A program made the position numbers and the translations under genes. The notes under the pieces are model-generated. The model did not search any database. It was not told the origin of the DNA and saw nothing but the letters and a program-made list of their open reading frames with translations. A DNA stretch of 64,000 bases, taken from positions 31,563 to 95,562 of IMG/VR virus record IMGVR_UViG_3300037483_000076; one strand, 5' to 3'. Numbering within the stretch: position 1 is the stretch's first letter; each line of letters opens with the position of its first letter. The DNA comes from a virus. Below are positions 10,068 to 18,654 of the stretch, piece after piece.

Positions 10068-10616
10068 TTATTTTATATAGATATATTTGTCTATATTTAT
10101 ATAAGTAATTATTGATTTAATTATAGAATCTAAATCAGTAACTTGAATTAATTGTAATCTAGTTTCTAAATCTAATATAATTGGATTAACTACTGACCAA
10201 TCGTATTGGTTAATGTTAAGAATTCTTAGTGCTTCATTAGAATTACTTCTTTCTAAAGAAATTAATTCATCTTTTTTAAGTTCTTCAATTAATTCATTAG
10301 ATGCATTTGCTAACCAATTGATTACAGATGTATCTCCACTCCAATCTGATTCTGTTTTTACATATTTTTCATCTATATCTTTAAGTTTACGATATAATTC
10401 GGCTACTTCAAGATTAGTCTGATATTCTTTTTCAATAGAATCAACTTTGTTTTTGTAATCATCAGATTCTATTATTTCAACTAGTGCTTTCTTATAAGCA
10501 TCAGAAGATTTAATTTCTTCCATTTTGGTTTCTAACTGTGGTTTGATATAATCTCTTTTAATTATATCTAATATATTGTTAATCTGATTGTCGTTCAACA
10601 ATTGGATCTCTGTCAT
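10068..10616 (-). CDS. Hypothetical protein
   Basis: 182 aa ORF within the operon. Confidence 0.7.
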   Translation of the reverse strand: MTEIQLLNDNQINNILDIIKRDYIKPQLETKMEEIKSSDAYKKALVEIIESDDYKNKVDSIEKEYQTNLEVAELYRKLKDIDEKYVKTESDWSGDTSVINWLANASNELIEELKKDELISLERSNSNEALRILNINQYDWSVVNPIILDLETRLQLIQVTDLDSIIKSIITYINIDKYIYIK

Positions 10617-11091
10617 TTTCTAAAAGTTTAAAATTAAACATGTTGTATAACGATCCCATATTTCTAGTCTCCTGTTGGAGATTAAATTTGGGCCAGTACT
10701 CCTTCTCTAAGGAAGGATATAGAACTTTGTTAGCTTTTGCTGACCAGTAATCTAATATTTTTTGTGTCTTATATAAAACACTGTGAAAGTAAGAATTTTT
10801 ATCTTCTTGCCAAAAGTAAAGTATCTGTTGTTTTGATTTATCTGATAATTTTGAATATTTACTTCTGGTTATTAAGTCTCTTTCTGGTATGATATCTTTA
10901 GGTAGTCTGAATCTAGCTATATTGTTATCATACTCTATAATTATACTATTTTCTGGATCTATCATTTTACTATCAGAAATATAGCAGTTTGTAAAATTGT
11001 CGAAAATTAAGGCAGTGTAAGTTATCTCTGGATATAGTAATGGAAGTAAGAATATAGTAGTTTTACTCTTCTTTATATCTATAATATCCAT
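10579..11091 (-). CDS. Hypothetical protein
   Basis: 170 aa ORF translationally coupled to the upstream nuclease. Confidence 0.7.
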   Translation of the reverse strand: MDIIDIKKSKTTIFLLPLLYPEITYTALIFDNFTNCYISDSKMIDPENSIIIEYDNNIARFRLPKDIIPERDLITRSKYSKLSDKSKQQILYFWQEDKNSYFHSVLYKTQKILDYWSAKANKVLYPSLEKEYWPKFNLQQETRNMGSLYNMFNFKLLENDRDPIVERQSD

Positions 11092-12062
11092 TATAATATC
11101 TCTACTCCATTATTAATATAGTACTCTTGTCTATGTTCCCATTGGTTATTATCATAATGCCATTTAATCTTAGGGAGCACTTCTTCTATTTCATTTAATC
11201 CTCTAGATAACCAATCTTCAGATATTTCTAATACTCTACATTCAGGAAGATCTCCTTTCTGTAAACCTACTATATATGTCTTCTTAGTATATTCATCTAC
11301 ATTGATATCCTTATCTTTACAGAATTGATGTAATGCTGCCCAATAGAATGCCATTTGTCGATAATAACTAAATTCTTCAAATGAATGAGAGAATTCACCT
11401 AAATTAGATGTAGTTTTTATATCTACTAGCTTAATTATCTTATTAGTATGATCTATTACTAGTCTATCTAACATAGATTTACATGGTATTCCAAACCATT
11501 CAAAGAATATGATATTTTCATTATATTCTTCTATGTTCATCATTCTATCCTCACCTGTAAGATATAGAAGTTTACTAGCTGCAATATGTGTTTTAGTATA
11601 TTCTGCTAAATCTTCTATTAACTTATTGTCAGTATATGTCAATACATCTTTAACTTCAGATCTTTTCTTAAGGTAACTAATATATTTACTTAATTGTTTC
11701 TTAAGTTCCGTTGCTTTCTCAAGTATTTTTTCATCCGATATCTTGTCTGAGGTATAGTTACTTTTATATGCAAAAAGTAATCTCTTGTCTGCTGTCTTGG
11801 ATCTACAGGTGATGTAGTCTTCACAAAATTTACGCTGGTTCTCGGACTTAGGAGTGTCATAATCCAAGAATATATAATTTTTATCAAACTCATTTGGCTC
11901 TAGTATTTTCATGTGAATCTTCTTACCTATCTCAAAGTATCTTTTAGTTTCCTGTTCTATTTCTTTATCAAGCATTTTCTTGAAGAATAGAGGAGATTGT
12001 TCAAACCACTTCAGTGATGATGAAGATACTCGTTTCTCACTATAATATTCTTTCTCTGTCAT
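11091..12062 (-). CDS. PD-(D/E)xK exonuclease, RecE/ExoVIII-like (DUF3799-like)
   Basis: SSSSLK..SP..F, G..IH..ILEP, CKSMLDRL, VDIKTT, YYRQMAFY. Confidence 0.85.
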   Translation of the reverse strand: MTEKEYYSEKRVSSSSLKWFEQSPLFFKKMLDKEIEQETKRYFEIGKKIHMKILEPNEFDKNYIFLDYDTPKSENQRKFCEDYITCRSKTADKRLLFAYKSNYTSDKISDEKILEKATELKKQLSKYISYLKKRSEVKDVLTYTDNKLIEDLAEYTKTHIAASKLLYLTGEDRMMNIEEYNENIIFFEWFGIPCKSMLDRLVIDHTNKIIKLVDIKTTSNLGEFSHSFEEFSYYRQMAFYWAALHQFCKDKDINVDEYTKKTYIVGLQKGDLPECRVLEISEDWLSRGLNEIEEVLPKIKWHYDNNQWEHRQEYYINNGVEIL

Positions 12063-12214
12063 TATATATCATATAAATCGTCGATTAATGTATCGACCGG
12101 TAAATCTACTAATGCTTGAATTATCTCATCTTTTATAAGTAATAATGTAGCATCTGGTAAATCATCTATATGATAGTTTAATATTTCTAATATTAAATTG
12201 TCTACTATTTTCAT
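12062..12214 (-). CDS. Small acidic hypothetical protein (50 aa, not in ORF track)
   Basis: MKIVDNLILEILNYHIDDLPDA..., overlapping neighbours at both start and stop. Confidence 0.55.
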   Translation of the reverse strand: MKIVDNLILEILNYHIDDLPDATLLLIKDEIIQALVDLPVDTLIDDLYDI

Positions 12215-12657
12215 TTATTTGACTGTATTAATTCTATACATTGATCTACCTGTTTTTGATTCTTTGGTAAATATAAGTCAAATTTGATATTGTTGTCAGT
12301 TAGATATTTCTTAAATATTTTCCACCGAAGTAAAAATGAGTCTGTTGCAACTCCTTTAGTTTCTATTAACCATCCATTTCCTACGAAATCCGGTGTGTAT
12401 TTCATAGATTGATATTTAGGGGTACGCTTAGATAATAAAGCACCTCTTTTCTTATCACTTTCATATACAAGATATTGATATGTAAATGGTAATTGTAATA
12501 CAAAACTTGTAGGTGTATATTCAAAGACTAGTTCAGCTTTCTTTAATGCTTTGTAACAATATACTTCTAAATTACTATCAAAAGTAATTCCATCGTATAC
12601 AGGTTTATCTTTACGCTTACTAGGACTATTTATTCTCTTTTTTCCTAGTTTCTTCAT
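12211..12657 (-). CDS. Endonuclease I-like / DUF1064-like PD-(D/E)xK nuclease (possible Holliday junction resolvase)
   Basis: DGITFDS.LE, YTPDF, IETKG. Confidence 0.8.
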   Translation of the reverse strand: MKKLGKKRINSPSKRKDKPVYDGITFDSNLEVYCYKALKKAELVFEYTPTSFVLQLPFTYQYLVYESDKKRGALLSKRTPKYQSMKYTPDFVGNGWLIETKGVATDSFLLRWKIFKKYLTDNNIKFDLYLPKNQKQVDQCIELIQSNK

Positions 12658-12988
12658 TACAATCTAAAATTAGTAATTCATTTTCAGCAGATAATTTATC
12701 TAACCATTGTTTCCATTCGTAATGATATTGCCAAAACATTGCATTTGCCATAATATGACCTATATGTCTTTGTTGAGATTCAGGATCTATAATTTCACCA
12801 GACATTAGTGCAAATAAGTGTCTACTTAAAGACTCCAGTACTTGATTAAGGTCTAATCCCTTTTTCCAATTTTCTCTAGCATATTTTTGTGCCCCATATT
12901 CCATAACTCTTACTAATGGTTCTAGTGATTTAAAATCTATTAAGCTCCATTGTAGTTTACCTTCATTATATCTTAGACTTTGTTCCAT
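12626..12988 (-). CDS. dATP/dGTP diphosphohydrolase-like protein (DUF5664)
   Basis: GK.QWSL, VMEYGAQKYARENWKKG, SLSRHL, D.ES...HIGH...NAMF. Confidence 0.85.
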   Translation of the reverse strand: MEQSLRYNEGKLQWSLIDFKSLEPLVRVMEYGAQKYARENWKKGLDLNQVLESLSRHLFALMSGEIIDPESQQRHIGHIMANAMFWQYHYEWKQWLDKLSAENELLILDCNEETRKKENK

Positions 12989-13952
12989 CTAATAAATTAT
13001 TTAATAGTTCTTTACTATTATCTAATCCATATTCTTTTGTATAATCTGAAATGTCTTTAGGTTTATCTTCTGGAATAAATATTGTTGTTAATTCAAATTT
13101 GTTAACTATCTTATTAGCACCATTACGTCCAGCTTGATCGTTATCATAGAAGACGATTATCTTAGTGAATCTATCTTTTAATGTAGTTATAACTTTCTCT
13201 GGAATAGAGTGATTCTCTCCTTGTGGAGCAATAGCTTGATACCCTAATTTGTGGAGTACCATCACATCTTTTAATGCCTTAGTAATTATTAGGAGATCTC
13301 CTTTCATAGATAGTTGTTCATATCCTTGAATATCATATGATCCACAATTACTAATCCATTTATATTTCTTTTCTGATAAGGGTTTATATATCTTAAACTT
13401 ATTGTATAATTCATATGCATACCCTGGATTTGCCTGTTTATAGGACCAAGGTTGAATTATCCCATTTAACCAGTATTCAGATATAGGATATACACTAAAG
13501 TGTCTTAAATCGTCTCTAAATAGGCTAAATTGACCCCAGTACTCATCATCAGCTTTACAGAAGGGTTTCTTCTTAACAGATATAATAGTACTTATAGTCT
13601 TATAATCTTGTTGAATATCTATACCTTCTACAGAGTATGTTAGATTATCATTCTCTATATCAATAAGTATTCTTAATACCGCTTCTCTATATGATATACC
13701 AAACAATTTGGATACAAATGTTATACAATTACCAAATATACCAGTTGCCTGATCTTTGAATAGTAATTGTCCATATTTCTCTGATTTGAATATACCAAAT
13801 GAGGGGTGTTTATCTTTTCTTAAAGGTGATAACATTATCTTACCAATTTCGAAGAAATCTCCTATATAATATGAGTATATGTCATATTCTGTAGTAGATT
13901 CTAGTATAGTTTGTAATGATAGTTCCTCATCTATTAATCTTGTATCATACAT
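12966..13952 (-). CDS. DNA primase (DnaG-like TOPRIM, crAss type)
   Basis: Degenerate Zn-ribbon SPLRKDKHPSF, LIITKALKDVM, FYDNDQAG, KDISDY. Confidence 0.85.
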   Translation of the reverse strand: MYDTRLIDEELSLQTILESTTEYDIYSYYIGDFFEIGKIMLSPLRKDKHPSFGIFKSEKYGQLLFKDQATGIFGNCITFVSKLFGISYREAVLRILIDIENDNLTYSVEGIDIQQDYKTISTIISVKKKPFCKADDEYWGQFSLFRDDLRHFSVYPISEYWLNGIIQPWSYKQANPGYAYELYNKFKIYKPLSEKKYKWISNCGSYDIQGYEQLSMKGDLLIITKALKDVMVLHKLGYQAIAPQGENHSIPEKVITTLKDRFTKIIVFYDNDQAGRNGANKIVNKFELTTIFIPEDKPKDISDYTKEYGLDNSKELLNNLLDGTKSKI

Positions 13953-14218
13953 TATCCTGCATTAAATGATGATATTAATATAAATGGTTCTACTTCTTCT
14001 CCTAAATATGTACCGACTAATTCTATTGTAGTCTTATCTACATTTGTCCAAAAAGATATTTTGACATAATAACTATTTTCATCCCAATTATGGGATTCAT
14101 CTGCACCACTTTCTTGTGCCATATTTCTAACTTCTTCTTCAGAATTAGCTACTATACAAAATGAATCTATTGAATCATAATCTACCGATTCGTTTGCTGT
14201 TATAAGATATATATTCAT
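13952..14218 (-). CDS. Hypothetical protein
   Basis: 88 aa, ends SFNAG like a common small phage family. Confidence 0.7.
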   Translation of the reverse strand: MNIYLITANESVDYDSIDSFCIVANSEEEVRNMAQESGADESHNWDENSYYVKISFWTNVDKTTIELVGTYLGEEVEPFILISSFNAG

Positions 14219-14231
14219 AATATTAAAGAAT

Positions 14232-14260
14232 AAAAGGACTAGTCTGTTACAACTAGTCCT
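14232..14260 (-). terminator. Intrinsic terminator
   Basis: aaggactagt/actagtcctt hairpin with a U-run on minus. Confidence 0.7.
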
Positions 14261-14283
14261 TGGGGGTAATCTATATATATTTA

Positions 14284-14862
14284 TTAAAAAGGAATTTCTG
14301 ATGTTATAAATGGATTTACAGTAGTAGACTGTGTATCTGGCTTTCTTTCCATAGTGTCTATACCCATGATCTTAATAGAAGTTTCTTTATTGTTATCTCC
14401 TAAGTTACCATTTGTATCCATTCTTTCAATGAACCTAAACTTCCAGTAATTTGGTAAACTAGTGTATTTGGTAGCACCAGAATATACAAATTTTACACGA
14501 AGTTTAACTCCAACATATTTATCACCAATTAGTGATATAGTTTTCTTAGCAAAGTATTCAAATGAAATTGCACTAAATACAAATTGTTCCTTTGTAATAA
14601 AACATAGGGCAATTTGTTTAATACGACTCATTTGATTCATTTCTTTTTCAGCTAACTTTTCTGGAGTTTCTGCCGATGCTTTCCATTCTGTGTGAGATCC
14701 TTTCGAACCTTTACTATCTACAAAATAGAAGGCTAAGAATTCTTTACCATTCTTGCTAATTCCATACTCTACTTTTGTCATTTCGACATTTTCATGGATA
14801 CCAGCATCAATAAAATTGGCTCCTTTTTCTTCAAATGGGGTATCTAACGTAACGTTGTACAT
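14284..14862 (-). CDS. Putative single-stranded DNA-binding protein
   Basis: Beta-rich, aromatic residues, C-terminal EIPF tail; next to the Sak4-like ATPase. Confidence 0.6.
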   Translation of the reverse strand: MYNVTLDTPFEEKGANFIDAGIHENVEMTKVEYGISKNGKEFLAFYFVDSKGSKGSHTEWKASAETPEKLAEKEMNQMSRIKQIALCFITKEQFVFSAISFEYFAKKTISLIGDKYVGVKLRVKFVYSGATKYTSLPNYWKFRFIERMDTNGNLGDNNKETSIKIMGIDTMERKPDTQSTTVNPFITSEIPF

Positions 14863-14948
14863 ACTTAATTTATTTTATAAGTAGTATTCACAACTTTAAT
14901 AAGGCATTTCTGATAACTTAGTTATTTTTGCTTGAATACTTATTGTTA

Positions 14949-15605
14949 TTAATTATTATTGTTTAAAATTGTTCTTACGTATTGAAGTAATTCGTTTGCA
15001 TCATTTGGAATAGAATCTTCTCCATCTTTCATAAAGATAGGTGGAGTTTTGGCACTTGTTTTTCCATCTGATAATAAATCTAGTACATATTCCCTTTTAC
15101 CTGTTCCCATTTTCACTTCTGCAAATGTTACTATAGTAAATTCTTTTTCTACACCAGTTTTATTCCATTCATTACCTTTTATTGCAATACGTCTTTCTGC
15201 TACACCATTCTCTGTTTCTACGTTTGCTGAATGAGCAGTTACAATGATATCTTTAGGATATTTTTTAATTATAAAAAGTAGTTTTCCCACCTCTTCGTTA
15301 AACATATTCCATATATCAAAGTTCTTTTTAGTTTCTCTACATGTTTTTAATAAACTATCTGTGTATGCAGAAAAACTATCTAATACTACTTCTGTAATGG
15401 TTGTATCTTTGGCAAATTCGAGAAGTTTTTGGTAAGTTTCTTGCCAACTTATAGGAGTAGCGTAGTGTTCGAATTTATTTATAAAAGGAAGAGGTTTACC
15501 TTCAGCATTTATAAATCCACAAGTTTTAGAATTCATGTTACGGAGAGACATTGTCTTTCCCTTACCTGACATTCCTACTATCGCTATTTGATAAGGTACA
15601 ATCAT
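14949..15605 (-). CDS. AAA_24 / Sak4-like ATPase (ssDNA annealing)
   Basis: GMSGKGKT, N.EGKPLPF, VVLDS, KTP. Confidence 0.85.
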   Translation of the reverse strand: MIVPYQIAIVGMSGKGKTMSLRNMNSKTCGFINAEGKPLPFINKFEHYATPISWQETYQKLLEFAKDTTITEVVLDSFSAYTDSLLKTCRETKKNFDIWNMFNEEVGKLLFIIKKYPKDIIVTAHSANVETENGVAERRIAIKGNEWNKTGVEKEFTIVTFAEVKMGTGKREYVLDLLSDGKTSAKTPPIFMKDGEDSIPNDANELLQYVRTILNNNN

Positions 15606-15623
15606 TAATTGTTTTTATTAAAA

Positions 15624-15719
15624 AAGACTATTGGTTAACTAGATACATCTCTTATTATCGGGCAAGTCTAAATTGTCCGGTTAGTTTGAACTAACTTATC
15701 ATAATTAACCAATAGTCTT
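15624..15719 (-). ncRNA. Intergenic structured RNA candidate with a 15-bp closing stem
   Basis: aagactattggttaa/ttaaccaatagtctt encloses hairpins cgggcaa/ttgtccg and gttagtt/aactaac; U-run follows on minus. Confidence 0.55.
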
Positions 15720-15728
15720 ATGGGTTAA

Positions 15729-16304
15729 TTATATTAGTTGTAAATAGTAACCTTTATAGTCACTTAATACTTCAAATTTCTGACCACGAATTTTTACAGT
15801 TTCTTCACCATAAAAATTTGTATGAATATCATACTGGTCATAACCAACTTTAACATAATTGTTAAAAATAGTTACTTTTTCTTCTTTACGATTAGAAACC
15901 CATTCACCATCACGAATGATAGTGTCACGTCGACACTTTGTATTAAATGGACAGTAGTCACAAATATCACAAGTTGTCTTTGGTTTATAGATGTTTGTAA
16001 AAAAGTTGTTGATCAGTTTTTCAACTTTATTGAAGTCATCCGAAAGTTTATATATAGGAAGATCTAAATCCATAGCGTCATTAGTGCTATTTTCTAGATA
16101 AACATCTTTTGTTTTAAATACTAGGTAATCACCATATTTAAGTTTAGTACTTACTTTATCGTATTTATTGATCAATTTAACTAAAGCTGCTATATATAAA
16201 GGTCCACGATCGTTTACCTTAACTACAAATTCTTTAGCTAATTGTTCTTTTTTCGGAACTTCTGTCAAAAATGATAAAACTGATAATTCTATGATATTAA
16301 TCAT
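15729..16304 (-). CDS. Hypothetical protein with a Cys cluster
   Basis: 191 aa, CDICDYCPFNTKC. Confidence 0.7.
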   Translation of the reverse strand: MINIIELSVLSFLTEVPKKEQLAKEFVVKVNDRGPLYIAALVKLINKYDKVSTKLKYGDYLVFKTKDVYLENSTNDAMDLDLPIYKLSDDFNKVEKLINNFFTNIYKPKTTCDICDYCPFNTKCRRDTIIRDGEWVSNRKEEKVTIFNNYVKVGYDQYDIHTNFYGEETVKIRGQKFEVLSDYKGYYLQLI

Positions 16305-16316
16305 AATTATTAATTA

Positions 16317-17264
16317 TTATTGGTTTGATATTGGTATATACTCATCTATTGAGTTATATTTCAAATTATTAACAAAGGATAAGATCTTTGGTTCCCCATC
16401 TCGTACCTTGAGTAGATGCATGTATATCATATTAGCAACTGGCCAATGGTTGCTACCATATGTTTTCAATCCTAAAATTTCTGGACGATGTAGTACTATT
16501 ACATAATCTGAACCTTGATATACACTATCTGATGAAGACAAATCTCTCCTTTGTGGAAAATGTAGAAGCGGATTGTTAATGCGTTCTGTAGCTTCTATTT
16601 CCCGGTTTAACTGTGATAATTGAATTATCGTTGTTAGACCAATTTTCTTTTGTTCAATGAATAATCTTTGTAGTTCTACTATTGTTTCACGCTCTCCTTG
16701 TCCAGGATTAGGTTTTAATAATAAAGTATGATCTAGTATTATTACTAACCATTTTTCTTTACTAATTAATTCCCTAAACACGTTAATTGTATTACTTATT
16801 TCAGTAACTGAGCCGGGTGTATCAACATAGTAAACTGGGTAATTTCTTATTTGTTTTGATTCTTGTATTACTCTATTAAAATCATAATCCGAGAGAGTTT
16901 TTTCTGCAGTATATAATTCAGAAGTTGTCTTTTTGAGTTTATAGGATAGCTTTCTACCCACAACTTTGCTCGAAAGCATTTCTAAACTGAACGATAATAC
17001 TACAAAATCTATATCTGGATTTAGATCAAATAAATCTGTTTCTAGGGAATTGACAAAAGCCGATTTCCCTGCTCCACTAATACCACATGCTGTAATTACA
17101 ACATTTGGTTCTAATCCCCCATTACAACTATCATTAAATTTCTTCCATTTCGTCTTTAAACTTCTGCTAACTCCTAAACGTCTGTTATTAATGTATGAAA
17201 CTATATCGTCAGTTGCAATAGATATATGTTTAAATGTTAAACTTTTATTCGAGGTTGTTTCCAT
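16317..17264 (-). CDS. DnaB-like (SF4) replicative helicase
   Basis: GISGAGKS, FSLEM, ILDH, LSQLNR, KVRDG. Confidence 0.9.
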   Translation of the reverse strand: METTSNKSLTFKHISIATDDIVSYINNRRLGVSRSLKTKWKKFNDSCNGGLEPNVVITACGISGAGKSAFVNSLETDLFDLNPDIDFVVLSFSLEMLSSKVVGRKLSYKLKKTTSELYTAEKTLSDYDFNRVIQESKQIRNYPVYYVDTPGSVTEISNTINVFRELISKEKWLVIILDHTLLLKPNPGQGERETIVELQRLFIEQKKIGLTTIIQLSQLNREIEATERINNPLLHFPQRRDLSSSDSVYQGSDYVIVLHRPEILGLKTYGSNHWPVANMIYMHLLKVRDGEPKILSFVNNLKYNSIDEYIPISNQ

Positions 17265-17832
17265 ATCCTAGATCCCCACTATTAGTAAGAGAGTCGATAG
17301 TTGATTCAGTTAGAGCTTGTTCGTATATTTTCCACTCTTCACTAACTAACCATTTAGATAATCTCTTGAAATAAGACATCTTCCCCTCTTTCCGTTTGAG
17401 CGCTACTTCATACTTCAAGCACTCTAGAATATGTTGATGTATAAAATACTTATTCTTAGTAATCTTTGAATAAGATACTTTACAACGTTTTAGATCATTT
17501 CTTAGAAAATCTTTAGTTCCATCAGGTCTTACAACCGATGCTGGAAACACTTGTACCAACTCATCGAAGAAGTCGCCATTTGCGATTATTCGTAAAAAGT
17601 CAGGTTCTAAAGTTATCTTAATTGGATCATACTCATTTAAACTATTTGTGTTTGTTACAAATCCTAATAGATTGAATTTATCAAACAATCTCTTTTTCTC
17701 TTCACTATTATACAACAATAGGTATTTAGAGACTAGATCATATTGTTTATCATAAATTAATTGTAATACAACGAATTCATCAACTTTAATAAGATTATTA
17801 ATTAATGAATTTACATCTATTTGTATTAACAT
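17245..17832 (-). CDS. Putative replication initiator/helicase-loader-like protein
   Basis: Directly upstream of and overlapping the helicase; FDE....FP, Y.K...KWL....W pattern. Confidence 0.45.
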   Translation of the reverse strand: MLIQIDVNSLINNLIKVDEFVVLQLIYDKQYDLVSKYLLLYNSEEKKRLFDKFNLLGFVTNTNSLNEYDPIKITLEPDFLRIIANGDFFDELVQVFPASVVRPDGTKDFLRNDLKRCKVSYSKITKNKYFIHQHILECLKYEVALKRKEGKMSYFKRLSKWLVSEEWKIYEQALTESTIDSLTNSGDLGYGNNLE

Positions 17833-17945
17833 TATAATTGTTATTACTTGCTCATGTCTGCATTTTAATGCATTAAATAGATGTTTGTGAATTATGTAAG
17901 GCGTTATGAGCTGTTGTTTATTAATATTAGTTCCATACTAAAAAG

Positions 17946-18263
17946 TTATTTGTTAACTTTGCGAAATTGATAAAATAAATATTTTTTTTTACCTCTGTTA
18001 TTTATACAGAGACGTTGTTTATCCCTTAATTTAATAAGTCTATCTGGATCTATTTTAACTTTATAGTCAAATATTTCCATTATACTTACTGAATCAGCAT
18101 CTGGGATAGATGCTCTATTAGATTGACCTCTTTCAAAGAATGTATATCCTTTAGGAGATTTAAGATCTCGTACTATATCTTGTAGAATAAGTAGTTCTGT
18201 GTCTGTAGGTTCGTAATCATCTGATATTATTGCGAATACTACATCTATAGTAATGTTTGTCAT
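17946..18263 (-). CDS. Hypothetical protein
   Basis: 105 aa ORF in the operon. Confidence 0.65.
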   Translation of the reverse strand: MTNITIDVVFAIISDDYEPTDTELLILQDIVRDLKSPKGYTFFERGQSNRASIPDADSVSIMEIFDYKVKIDPDRLIKLRDKQRLCINNRGKKKYLFYQFRKVNK

Positions 18264-18264
18264 T

Positions 18265-18654
18265 TTATTTGTTATTTATTGATAATTCATATTGAGCTTT
18301 ACATATACTAATTAAGTCAGGATCATTAAATGAGTACATATCTGGGATATCTAATACTACACATTTATTAGTAAATCCTAATTCTTCTATCTCATTTTTA
18401 ACTTTGTTATAATTCTCAGAATTAACAAAAACTATTTCGTCTGCCCATGTTACAAGAGCTTCACTAATTGGAATTAATGCATATGATTCCTCTGTACCAC
18501 AATTTCTTACATTATATCCATATTCTCTAATGAGAAAATTTTGTAATGTAGCAGACCTTAGTAATCCAGCAGAACATACAGTAAGTATTTTCTTAATAGT
18601 TCCTTGATAAACATTACTAGTAGTAGCTAATTGATTTTTTGTTCCCTTTATCAT
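18265..18654 (-). CDS. Low-molecular-weight protein-tyrosine phosphatase-like protein
   Basis: P-loop VCSAGLLRS (CX5R), WADEI, LDIPD. Confidence 0.85.
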   Translation of the reverse strand: MIKGTKNQLATTSNVYQGTIKKILTVCSAGLLRSATLQNFLIREYGYNVRNCGTEESYALIPISEALVTWADEIVFVNSENYNKVKNEIEELGFTNKCVVLDIPDMYSFNDPDLISICKAQYELSINNK

